DNA of 43,535 bases from a virus (Duplodnaviria; Caudoviricetes): IMG/VR virus record IMGVR_UViG_3300048574_000396, positions 1 through 43,535 of that record; one strand, 5' to 3'. Of this stretch, positions 35,512 through 43,535 are shown in pieces (the first letter of the stretch is position 1; every line of letters begins with the position of its first letter). Both the position numbers and the translations under genes were made by a program. A model generated the notes under the pieces. That model worked only from the letters and a program-made list of their open reading frames with translations. It was not told the DNA's origin and searched no databases.

Positions 35512-35766
35512 TCATACAGCCCAGCGACAAACCCTTCCGGACCTCCGGATGCGGGCTTCGCTGTCCAGCTCCGCCGGGGCGCAGATGTAGCGCGCGATGG
35601 AGTACATGTCCACCATCGTACCGGCGCAGGCGGATTCCAAGCGGCCGTCTGCCAGCATGCGCCGGATGGTGCTGGGGTCCCGGTTGATGATCTTCCCGGC
35701 CTTGGCCAGAGTGACGGTTTCACCGTAGCGGTCAATCATCGCCTCGGTGCGTTCCTTCAGTGTCAT
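35512..35766 (-). CDS. Excisionase-like HTH DNA-binding protein
   Basis: 'VTLAKAGKIINRDPSTIRRMLADGRL' MerR/HTH_17-type; AAGGAGG RBS. Confidence 0.7.
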   Translation of the reverse strand: MTLKERTEAMIDRYGETVTLAKAGKIINRDPSTIRRMLADGRLESACAGTMVDMYSIARYICAPAELDSEARIRRSGRVCRWAV

Positions 35767-35781
35767 GGTGCCCTCCTTCGT

Positions 35782-36228
35782 TTAGTCCGTCCGTCCGATT
35801 TGCGCCCGCATCAGCGTCAGGGCGGCGACGGCCTCATCGATCTCTTTTAAATAGGAAGCGCGCAGCATCGGATCGTCCAGCTGCCCGTCCATGGCGTCGC
35901 GCTCCACGCGCTCCTGCAGGGCCAGCACATCGCTCAGTTCGTACCGCACGCCGAGTACCGCGGCCAGAAGGCCGTTGGGCTTGGCCTCCCGGTACCGCTC
36001 ACGGTAGCTCTCGCAGTTGGAGAGCATCCAGCGGTGCCAGATCGCTTCCGCCTCCGCGCCTAGCGCGTGCTCGATGTTCGACACATCGTCCGGGTGCGGG
36101 TCCTGCTTGCCGTTCTCCCAGCGTTCCAGCGTGTCTTCCGATACGCCCAGTTGGTTCGCCAGCTGCCAGCGCGGAATTTTCCGCGTTTCCCGCATCCTTT
36201 TCAGCTCCAAATACGTGAACTCTGCCAT
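35782..36228 (-). CDS. XRE-HTH phage regulatory protein (CII-like position)
   Basis: 'RWQLANQLGVSEDTLERWENGKQDP'; the ORF-track extension to 36765 looks spurious. Confidence 0.75.
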   Translation of the reverse strand: MAEFTYLELKRMRETRKIPRWQLANQLGVSEDTLERWENGKQDPHPDDVSNIEHALGAEAEAIWHRWMLSNCESYRERYREAKPNGLLAAVLGVRYELSDVLALQERVERDAMDGQLDDPMLRASYLKEIDEAVAALTLMRAQIGRTD

Positions 36229-36266
36229 GCTGTTCAGCATCCTTTCGTGGTAAACTTGGTCTGTGG

Positions 36267-36494
36267 TCAGGCGAGGCGGCGTTCCTCCAGCCAGTTCACC
36301 GGGTCGAAACGGAGAATCTGGGAGAGCAGCAGGCCCGGCACGATGCCCGGGGATTTCAGCCCCTGCTCGATGTAGTTGTACATGCTCTGCGAGATCTCCG
36401 CGGCCTTCGCCGCTTCCTTCTGCGTCAGCCCGGCCGATGTGCGGGCCTTCACCAACCATCCCCGGTCGTAGGGTTCCGCTGCGGGTGTCCTCAT
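36267..36494 (-). CDS. Cro-like XRE-HTH regulator
   Basis: 'AR...GLTQKEAAKAAEISQSMY.YIEQG.KSP'; AAGGAGGT RBS. Confidence 0.8.
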   Translation of the reverse strand: MRTPAAEPYDRGWLVKARTSAGLTQKEAAKAAEISQSMYNYIEQGLKSPGIVPGLLLSQILRFDPVNWLEERRLA

Positions 36495-36633
36495 GGGGGT
36501 TACCTCCTTCGGATTCACTATTGATATTTTTGGAAAACAGTGATAACATTGGGGAAAAGCTAATAATGCTTGCGGCTTTTCTAGTTGGATGCTCGGTGCT
36601 GCATTGTTCTGAGAGCAATTGGAGGTATGGAGT

Positions 36634-36984
36634 ATGGGGAAGGACTTCACAAATGACGGTTCCGCCTTTATCGCTGTGCTGTACCGCGAGTATTGTAAAC
36701 GCCGAAAAGACAGGGCCTCGATTGAGCGGGCTATGTACTTCGGGGATGATAAAGAAATTCAACAATCTCTGGCACCCAAGCTCCTACTGGATGATGTTAC
36801 GCATCTTTGCTGGTATTTGGCCGAAAAAGGGATCTTGTCTGCTTCCCCCGGTGATAATCAAGCCAACGATGTATCCATTACGGATGACGGGATCGCTTAC
36901 ATGGAAGACCGCTTCCCCAGGGGCCTTGAAGATGCGTTGTCGTTCATAGGGAAGATTATGGCTCTTGTTCCTTGGCTGACCTAG
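36634..36984 (+). CDS. Hypothetical winged-helix (YjcQ-like) protein, antisense to the early operon
   Basis: GGAGG RBS; 'L...G.L......D.....V.IT.DGI.YME' wHTH pattern. Confidence 0.65.
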   Translation: MGKDFTNDGSAFIAVLYREYCKRRKDRASIERAMYFGDDKEIQQSLAPKLLLDDVTHLCWYLAEKGILSASPGDNQANDVSITDDGIAYMEDRFPRGLEDALSFIGKIMALVPWLT

Positions 36985-37248
36985 CATTCTAGGGTTCCTC
37001 GTCTCGGAGCATCGACACCGGAGCGACACGAATAGATAAAACCCGCTACCCGGCCGCTTATCGACAGTCGGTCTCAAACAGACGCTCTTCGGTAAGGTGC
37101 CGGTAGAGAAAACAGGCCATCATTCCAGTTTTTTTGAGAACTCTCCGGCGTCAGTTTTCGCCTTGGCTAAAGCGGCGTTTGTCCTCAAGAAGCCCTCCTT
37201 TTGGTCGATCGGTGATTTGGGGATTCGGTTAACCGCGGGTACGATCAT

Positions 37249-37292
37249 AGTATAATAGTGATTTCGCTATTTGTCAATAGTGATTTCACTAT
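37249..37292 (-). promoter_or_regulatory. Genetic switch: lytic promoter overlapped by two repressor operators
   Basis: TTGACA (37272-37277), 17 bp, TATACT (37249-37254); palindromic operators ATAGTGATTTCGCTAT (37255-37270) and ATAGTGATTTCACTAT (37277-37292). Confidence 0.8.
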
Positions 37293-37320
37293 ACTAGCAA
37301 ATATATGGGGGGCCTGCCGT

Positions 37321-37674
37321 GTGATACTCGTCGACAGGATTGAAGTCCTGATGCGCAAGCATGGGATCAAGACACGCAAAGAATGTGAATTGCTTTGTGG
37401 CCTTGCAAATGGCGCCCTTGGTAAGTGGGAAGCTGGCGCATTCCGCCCCTCTACAAGCAGCCTAGAAAAGGTTGCACAGTATTTTGGGGTTTCTGTAGAT
37501 TATCTTCTCGGCAATACCGATGAGACTGCGCCGTTTACTGCACCAACCGGCGACGAGAAAATCGACATTCTCGCCCGGGCGGCTCGGAAGATGACCGAGG
37601 AAGAAAAGGATAAGCTGATCGAAATGGCCAAAGTGTTGTTCCGGAAAGCGTTTGATGAATCGGATAGGACATGA
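37321..37674 (+). CDS. Prophage repressor (ImmR/CI-like XRE HTH, no S24 domain)
   Basis: 'LGKWE.G...PS..SLEKVAQYFGVSVDYLLG'; divergent from the lytic promoter. Confidence 0.88.
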   Translation: MILVDRIEVLMRKHGIKTRKECELLCGLANGALGKWEAGAFRPSTSSLEKVAQYFGVSVDYLLGNTDETAPFTAPTGDEKIDILARAARKMTEEEKDKLIEMAKVLFRKAFDESDRT

Positions 37675-37735
37675 CCATTAGGATGTATTCCGCCAGTTGA
37701 CAAGTATTAAGCCCGCAGGTGCTGAGGAGCTACAG

Positions 37736-39487
37736 ATGAGCATAGATGTAGAAGAAGTATCAGTATGCTACCTTAAACTTGAGTTAATGAAAAGCGAGTA
37801 TTTATCGGCTTATATAAATTCGAAGGATAAAGAGCCATCGTATGATGGTCACATCATTATTCATCAGGATAAAACTAGATCAAAAGAAGCAATAAAACGC
37901 GTCTTTGTCCAAGTTAAAGGAAAATCTGAAGAAGATTTTTCAAAGGAGTCCATTTCTTATCCCATTGAAATATCCGATCTCAAAAATTACCTCAATAACG
38001 GTGGGGTTTTCCTGATTGTTGGCTATGTTCGCAAGAATCTTCCAAGCTTTCCTATAGCGAAACTGTATTATGCTTCGTTAACTCCAATTACGCTGAAATT
38101 GTATCTTGAAGAAGCTAAAGGATCCGGGACAAAATCTATAACCCTACATGAGCTTTTGCTAGGCAGTGTAGAATTAACCACGAAGCTACTTAATTTTTAT
38201 AATGATTGTTCAAAACAAACTAGTTTTGCCTCGAAAAAGCTCTTCAATATTGAAGAGCTCGAGGCGACAAATATGATCGAGTGCTTAAAGCTGACAGTCC
38301 TTGCATCAGATGAGGATACTAGGAGTTTTGAAGAGCTCGTTCTAGAAAATGAACCCAATATCTATGCTGTGACGAAAGCTGGAGATGAATTACCAATTGC
38401 CATGGTTCCTGATTCCGTTTGTACAGTTAGGTTAATCCCGATAGATGTATGCGCCAATGGCATCAAATTCTACTCCGAGGTGCTTTTAGAGCGTGGCAAA
38501 TACAGAATTACCACAAGAATCGGAGACAACATAGAACTGATACAAGAAAAGTCCGTGCAAAAACCCGGTCTGAAATATAAAACAAGCGAGTATATTTGCA
38601 AGAAAATTATTGATCTTTCATTTCTTTATAATGCCATGGTTTCAGGTGGGTTCTATCTGGGAAATAGTTTTGTTGGCATGAAGTCAAACGAAAATGGATA
38701 TAATTCAAAAAACATACAGATATCAATTGGATTTTATGAAGATCTATATAATGCGTTTAAAATGCTTAGTGTACATGATGACGTCAAAATAAGCAATATA
38801 TCAAGGCTTGAGTATACTTACTCTAAAATTTTAATCGATGCATTCGTTAAGAATGTGCCTGTTCGATCAATGGGCGATGTTCCTGTGGTGGCAAAAATAG
38901 ATTTGTATGGATTGTGTTTTATGCTTGTATTTATTCAAAATGAAGACAAGACGCATAATGTGTACGATTTTTTTAAAACAAAGTTTAATGCTTATGAAGA
39001 TTCAGCGCTGATGCGGCCGGTATCGCAATACTCAATCTTGACACAAGAAGATTATTCTGTTATATCGAATATTAATTATGAAGTTATTGTCTCGTCGTTT
39101 ATTGATATGGGGTATTACGATAATGCTTTGTTTTCACTTCTGCGGATGATATTAGGCTATGATCTTTCTGGGAAAACAGAGACATTAAATGCGGCTAAGA
39201 AACTTGCCGAATGGTTGCTGTATGATCCTGGCACCACGATAGATAATGAGATAGCTATGTTGAATTATTCACAAATTATTAAGCGTGAGCGGGAGTTTAC
39301 TGATGAAGAATTTCTGAAATTGCAGTCAATAGCAGAAGATAAAAGAATGCGTGACGATATTCGTGTTGGGGCGTACCTGTTGTTGGGATCCCAAAGACCT
39401 GCTGAGCTTCTGTTCTCGAAAATGAGTCCTGACGAGCAGGAAGCATTCCGTCAGTATCCGATATACAGATTTTGGGAGTCACAGTAG
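37736..39487 (+). CDS. DUF4365-like PD-(D/E)xK domain protein (AT-rich accessory gene)
   Basis: N-term 'DKEPSYDGHI...RVFVQVKG', 'YPIEISDLKNY...GG'; GAGGAG RBS before ATG 37736. Confidence 0.7.
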   Translation: MSIDVEEVSVCYLKLELMKSEYLSAYINSKDKEPSYDGHIIIHQDKTRSKEAIKRVFVQVKGKSEEDFSKESISYPIEISDLKNYLNNGGVFLIVGYVRKNLPSFPIAKLYYASLTPITLKLYLEEAKGSGTKSITLHELLLGSVELTTKLLNFYNDCSKQTSFASKKLFNIEELEATNMIECLKLTVLASDEDTRSFEELVLENEPNIYAVTKAGDELPIAMVPDSVCTVRLIPIDVCANGIKFYSEVLLERGKYRITTRIGDNIELIQEKSVQKPGLKYKTSEYICKKIIDLSFLYNAMVSGGFYLGNSFVGMKSNENGYNSKNIQISIGFYEDLYNAFKMLSVHDDVKISNISRLEYTYSKILIDAFVKNVPVRSMGDVPVVAKIDLYGLCFMLVFIQNEDKTHNVYDFFKTKFNAYEDSALMRPVSQYSILTQEDYSVISNINYEVIVSSFIDMGYYDNALFSLLRMILGYDLSGKTETLNAAKKLAEWLLYDPGTTIDNEIAMLNYSQIIKREREFTDEEFLKLQSIAEDKRMRDDIRVGAYLLLGSQRPAELLFSKMSPDEQEAFRQYPIYRFWESQ

Positions 39488-39525
39488 GTTCTACATGACA
39501 TTGATAAAGAAAAGGTGGGCAGAGT

Positions 39526-41034
39526 ATGGCAAAGTGCAGACGTTGCGGCGATAACGGTCTTTTTCTCAAGGTGAATCAGGCGGGCTTCTGTGCGAAGTGC
39601 GAAAAGATTGCCAAGCACGAAGGTGAGATTGATCGTCTGAAGCGAGAAGCAGCCGAAGCCTCCAGCCGCGCCGCAGACGCTGTAAAGCTGCTTGCCCAGG
39701 CGGAAGAGGCGGCCAAGACACAGGCACTTCGCAATCTGGAAGTCTTGGAACGCCGCCTTTCTTCGGAAATCGCTCAAAAGACAGAGATGTTGACTGATCT
39801 GAGCGCCGCGGTTGCCGGGGCCTCTGCGGAGCTTGAGGCGGTTGAGAAGAAGGCGAGAACGGCCGAGAACCGCGTGAGCAAGGTGACGGCACTCTTCAAA
39901 TCCATGAGCTACGCGATAGACCACTTCATGTCGCCGGAGTCTGAATATCGGGATCTCAAGCCTGTCTTTGACGCCTGTGACTTTTCTTCCATTGCACCCG
40001 TCCAGCTCAATTGCATGACCATGAAGGCGCTGCGCGCCCGGTACCGCCAGAATGAGCAGCGAGTGCGTGAAGTTTTCGTCTCATATGAAAAACGCTACAC
40101 CACGAAGGCCAACGCCGCCATCTACAAGCTCATGGTGTTGGCCCTTGAGGCCGAGCTTCAGAACATCCTGCACACCATCAATTACGGGAAGCTGGAAACG
40201 GCACAGGAAGCTGTGAAGGCGCTCATCGAGCGGTACTATGCTATAGCGACCGATGGGAATCAGAACATCGCGCCGACGCTTCGCCGGTTCATCGGCCAGA
40301 TCGAGGAGCTGTATTTGGAAGCCGTCGCCATCGAGTACGAGTATTATGTGCAACGTGAGCGCGCCCGGGAAGAGCAGCGTGCCATCAAAGAGCAGATGCG
40401 CCAGGAAGCCGAGGAACGCAAGAAGCTGGAACAGGAACGCAAGCAGATCGAAAACGAGGAGAAGAAATACCGAACGGAAATGGAGCGCATCGCCGCTCAG
40501 CTTGCTCAGACCCCACCGGAAGACGAAAGCGCGGCACAGGTCCTGAACGCACGCTTGCAAGAGATTCAAGAGCAGCTTGATTCCGTCGAGGGAAAGAAGG
40601 CAGAGATCATCAACCTCCAGAACGGTAAGGCCGGGACTGTGTACATCATCAGCAACATCGGTTCATTTGGCGATCACGTCTTCAAAATCGGCATGACCCG
40701 ACGCCTGGAACCCCAGGAGCGCATCAACGAGCTTGGCGACGCAAGTGTGCCTTTCCCGTTCGATGTACACAGCTTCATTTTCTCCAATGACGCCGTGTCG
40801 CTTGAGTGTGCCCTGCACAAGGAGATGAACGAGCGCAGGGTCAACAAGGTCAACCTTCGTAAGGAGTTCTTCAACGTCTCCGTGGCGGAATTGCAGGCAC
40901 TTGTAGAGCGCCTGGATCCTACGGCGCCCTTCCAGATGACCGCCCTCGCCGAGCAGTACTATCAGAGCCTTTCGATCACAGACGTACCCGACGAGTGCGC
41001 AGTTGTAATCGACGAGGAGGACGAAGCCAGCTAA
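39526..41034 (+). CDS. DUF4041 coiled-coil plus T5orf172/MUG113 GIY-YIG domain protein
   Basis: N-term CxxC...CxxC; 'GTVYIISNIGSFG..VFKIGMTRRLEP.ER..ELGDASVPF.FDVH', 'RKEFF'. Confidence 0.88.
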   Translation: MAKCRRCGDNGLFLKVNQAGFCAKCEKIAKHEGEIDRLKREAAEASSRAADAVKLLAQAEEAAKTQALRNLEVLERRLSSEIAQKTEMLTDLSAAVAGASAELEAVEKKARTAENRVSKVTALFKSMSYAIDHFMSPESEYRDLKPVFDACDFSSIAPVQLNCMTMKALRARYRQNEQRVREVFVSYEKRYTTKANAAIYKLMVLALEAELQNILHTINYGKLETAQEAVKALIERYYAIATDGNQNIAPTLRRFIGQIEELYLEAVAIEYEYYVQRERAREEQRAIKEQMRQEAEERKKLEQERKQIENEEKKYRTEMERIAAQLAQTPPEDESAAQVLNARLQEIQEQLDSVEGKKAEIINLQNGKAGTVYIISNIGSFGDHVFKIGMTRRLEPQERINELGDASVPFPFDVHSFIFSNDAVSLECALHKEMNERRVNKVNLRKEFFNVSVAELQALVERLDPTAPFQMTALAEQYYQSLSITDVPDECAVVIDEEDEAS

Positions 41035-41071
41035 ACCAGTGTGAGACGGAGGCGGGAAGATCGTCTCGCCC

Positions 41072-41100
41072 TTGACAACCGAACATATGTTTGCTAAAGT
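41072..41100 (+). promoter_or_regulatory. LexA-repressed promoter for ImmA
   Basis: TTGACA (41072-41077), 17 bp, TAAAGT (41095-41100); CGAACATATGTTTG (41080-41093) in the spacer. Confidence 0.8.
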
Positions 41101-41170
41101 GGATGCGTTATACGGTGAAGCGTCCACTTAGCCTTTGGTGGGTGTGCTTCATAAGTCGATAGGAGATGTC

Positions 41171-41815
41171 ATGAGCTGCACTGCCCGCCGCCCGGATTAC
41201 CACCGCGCCACTCGAAACGCCTACCGCACCCTGATTGCTACCGGGATCGATAACCTGCCTGTCGATGTGACGGCCATCTGCAAACGCTGCCGGAATACGA
41301 TGGTGCTGTCCTTCAACGAAGTACGAGATTTGCTTTGTGAGGAGGATTTTGAGCCGCTCGATGGCCCAAGCCGTCTGGCGTTCACCTTACGTCGAACCAT
41401 TGAAGACCAGGTACATTATCTGATCTTGTGGAATGACGAGGAGATGAGCCGGAACAGCGGCCTATACCGTTTCTCCATGGCACATGAGCTGGCGCACATC
41501 GTGATGAAACATGGAGATGGGGCAGACTACGTGGCCGAGCTGGAAGCCAATTGCTTCGCCCAGCATCTTCTTTGTCCACGACCGGTGCTTGATGTCCTCC
41601 AACCCGCAGACTATTTGGAGATCAGTTACCTTTGCGGGGTCTCCCGCAGTGCTGCACTCGCCGTGAGGAACTCCCTCCGGCAGGAAAATCGGTATGTGGA
41701 TCCCGATATGTGGAATAAGATCTTTGCGGCGTTTAACTTGGATGAGAACCGAAATGTTGCAGACTATCTCTCGAGTGTTCAAAGGCACTTGCTCACAATA
41801 CGAAGGAGGCAATGA
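41171..41815 (+). CDS. ImmA/IrrE-family metallopeptidase (anti-repressor)
   Basis: 'RFSMAHELAHI..KH', 'E.EANCFAQHLLCP'; AGGAG RBS. Confidence 0.9.
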   Translation: MSCTARRPDYHRATRNAYRTLIATGIDNLPVDVTAICKRCRNTMVLSFNEVRDLLCEEDFEPLDGPSRLAFTLRRTIEDQVHYLILWNDEEMSRNSGLYRFSMAHELAHIVMKHGDGADYVAELEANCFAQHLLCPRPVLDVLQPADYLEISYLCGVSRSAALAVRNSLRQENRYVDPDMWNKIFAAFNLDENRNVADYLSSVQRHLLTIRRRQ

Positions 41816-41816
41816 A

Positions 41817-42326
41817 ATGGACACCGGCGTCACCGGCATTTGGATTGGTGTCTTTGCGGGTTTTATAACCGGTATTGTTTCCAGCACCATCGTTGCCTTT
41901 ATCTTTGACAAGCGACAGAGGATCCATAATGATCGAGAGAGATTTGAACTGGATAAACAGTTGTATTGTCGATATCTACAAGACATGTCCCTTGAATTGT
42001 CGTTCTTTGCTAGGAGAAACTTCGATGATTCTACAAGAATAGAACAGCTAATGAATAACGAGCCCATTAGATACTCGTTCGAGTGGCTTGATTATCAAAG
42101 CCAAACTAATAATATGGTTATTCGTTGTACGTTGAATAATATAAGTGATTCGATAAGAGATCATACCATAGGAAACAAAAAACATATCTTCCAGAAAGAT
42201 TTAAACCTTGCCCGATTATCGGTTCTCAGGATGAAACATGTTCCGTGGTATTTATTTAGAAAAAGAAAAAAAGTAGTGGTCAGTGATGACAAACCTCCTA
42301 TCAAGGGTGTGAGCCTTCCCTCATGA
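41817..42326 (+). CDS. Membrane-anchored hypothetical protein (AT-rich)
   Basis: N-terminal TM 'IWIGVFAGFITGIVSSTIVAFIF'; AAGGAGG RBS. Confidence 0.65.
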   Translation: MDTGVTGIWIGVFAGFITGIVSSTIVAFIFDKRQRIHNDRERFELDKQLYCRYLQDMSLELSFFARRNFDDSTRIEQLMNNEPIRYSFEWLDYQSQTNNMVIRCTLNNISDSIRDHTIGNKKHIFQKDLNLARLSVLRMKHVPWYLFRKRKKVVVSDDKPPIKGVSLPS

Positions 42327-42350
42327 GAATTTTTTTGAAAGGTATTGAGT

Positions 42351-43535
42351 ATGCCAAAGAGACAGAAAAGTGGCCTTTATCGCACAAAGGTCAAAATCGG
42401 CGTTGATGCTGATGGGAAGCCGCTTCTCAAATGGATCAGCGGCAAAACGAAGCGTGAGCTGGAAGAGTCTCGGCGCGAGGTTGAGGAGTTTTATATTTCA
42501 GGGACCGGTTTACGTGATGATCGGCTATTTGGTGATTTTGCCGTTGAATGGTACCGCATCCGGAAAGAGCCTTTCATTTCGCCGTCCTCCCAAGCCAGCT
42601 ATCGCACCATGCTCAATAAGCACGTCCTCCCGGCCTTCGGCGACCGGAACCTTCGCGCCATTCAAGCTGGTGAGATCCAGGCATGGCTCAACGGGTTTAC
42701 AGGTAGGTCCGATACCACAATCGCCTTAGCCCTTACGGTGATCCGCGGGATCATGCAGTCGGCCTGCGCTGACCGTATTGTTGGGAAGGATCCGACCGCT
42801 TACCTGATGAGGCCCAAGCAAGGCGCCGAGAAATCCCGCCGCGCGCTCACCACTGAAGAAACATCTGCCGTGCTTCGCGTCATAGGTCACCATAACCGCG
42901 GTGATTATCTGGCCGTCATGTACTATCTCGGCGTCCGGCCGGGCGAAGCCCGTGGGCTTAAATGGGGCGATTTCGACTGGAATGAAGACATGGTCCACAT
43001 CCAGCGCGACATCGACTATACGGTCAAAGGGGCGACTGAAGGGGAGCTGAAGTCAGAAGCTGCGGACCGTTTCGTCACGGTTCCCCCTGAACTCCGCTCC
43101 ATTCTATACGCCCGCCGGGGGCATCCCAAAGCCTTCCTTTTCCCGGGTGAGCGAACGGACCTCCCGCTCGCCAAATCCAGCGCAGAGCGCCTCTGGCTCG
43201 ATCTGATGCGCATGGCTGGGCTGGTTGAAGAGCGAGAGAGTGAGAAGCCCTGGAAGCAGACGGACATCCGCGCTGAACTTCGGCCGCTCATCACACCGCA
43301 CTACCTCCGGCACAACTACATTACCATGTGCTGGGAAGCTGGCATAGACCCGATGATCACGATGCGCATGGTGGGCCACGCAGACTACCGCACCACCGCG
43401 AACATCTACACGCACCTGACGGCGGAGCATCTGAAACGTACCCGGCAGGACATGGGGAAGGTCTTCAAAGCCCGTGCAACCGGAAAAGTAGCACAAAAGT
43501 TGCACAAATCGGCAAAGCGGTCGTCGAACGAATAA
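42351..43535 (+). CDS. int: Tyrosine recombinase (phage integrase)
   Basis: 'GVRPGEARGLKWGD' (R), 'LKS' (K), 'HYLRHNY' (H-x-x-R), 'VGH', 'NIYTH' (Y); N-terminal arm-binding and SAM-like domains. Confidence 0.96.
   Translation: MPKRQKSGLYRTKVKIGVDADGKPLLKWISGKTKRELEESRREVEEFYISGTGLRDDRLFGDFAVEWYRIRKEPFISPSSQASYRTMLNKHVLPAFGDRNLRAIQAGEIQAWLNGFTGRSDTTIALALTVIRGIMQSACADRIVGKDPTAYLMRPKQGAEKSRRALTTEETSAVLRVIGHHNRGDYLAVMYYLGVRPGEARGLKWGDFDWNEDMVHIQRDIDYTVKGATEGELKSEAADRFVTVPPELRSILYARRGHPKAFLFPGERTDLPLAKSSAERLWLDLMRMAGLVEERESEKPWKQTDIRAELRPLITPHYLRHNYITMCWEAGIDPMITMRMVGHADYRTTANIYTHLTAEHLKRTRQDMGKVFKARATGKVAQKLHKSAKRSSNE
43474..43505 (+). repeat. Putative integrase arm-type sites inside the int 3' end
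   Basis: AAAAGTAGCAC-AAAAGTTGCAC tandem (43484-43505) plus inverted GTGCAAC (43474-43480); matches 3002-3022. Confidence 0.65.

Larger units (their letters stand above)
2874..43535. mobile_element. Temperate siphovirus-like prophage integrated at tRNA-Met (right att lies beyond the window)
   Basis: Integrase, repressor, replication, terminase, portal, capsid, tail and lysis modules in canonical order; att core at the left end. Confidence 0.95.

Noticed and set aside
35782-36765. 327-aa ORF as a single protein
   Set aside because: The N-terminal part overlaps the Cro-like gene and the antisense gene; only the HTH portion from about 36228 looks real

Overview
The window is almost entirely a ~40.7 kb temperate siphovirus-like prophage from a Firmicute (Clostridia-like) host. 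It is integrated in the 3' half of an elongator tRNA-Met gene. The displaced 46-bp tRNA fragment (att core) is at 2874-2919, the tyrosine integrase ends at the right edge, and the second att with the intact tRNA is expected just beyond the window. A second near-identical tRNA-Met fragment at 463-508 bounds an older, integrase-less 2.4 kb islet (SDH-type Clp-fold protease plus small ORFs) next to a host ArsR gene. From right to left the phage carries: lysogeny genes (int, ImmA, cI), early genes (Cro-like, Xis-like, C5-MTase, HUH-type Rep), a late activator, SPP1-like packaging and head genes, a non-contractile tail with three paralogous C1q/TNF-like fibre genes, lysis genes, and AT-rich morons. 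The best candidate for an undescribed system is an AT-rich four-gene operon with its own promoter at 3157-7642. It encodes a STAS+GHKL ATPase, a STAS-like+PRTase, an HD+degenerate PRTase and an intact ThyX thymidylate synthase, and is a likely nucleotide-centred anti-phage or conflict module. Other defence candidates are a DUF6731-like+membrane pair and a DUF4365-like nuclease. Three LexA (Cheo) boxes are visible. All family assignments come from motif recognition by eye; no searches were run.
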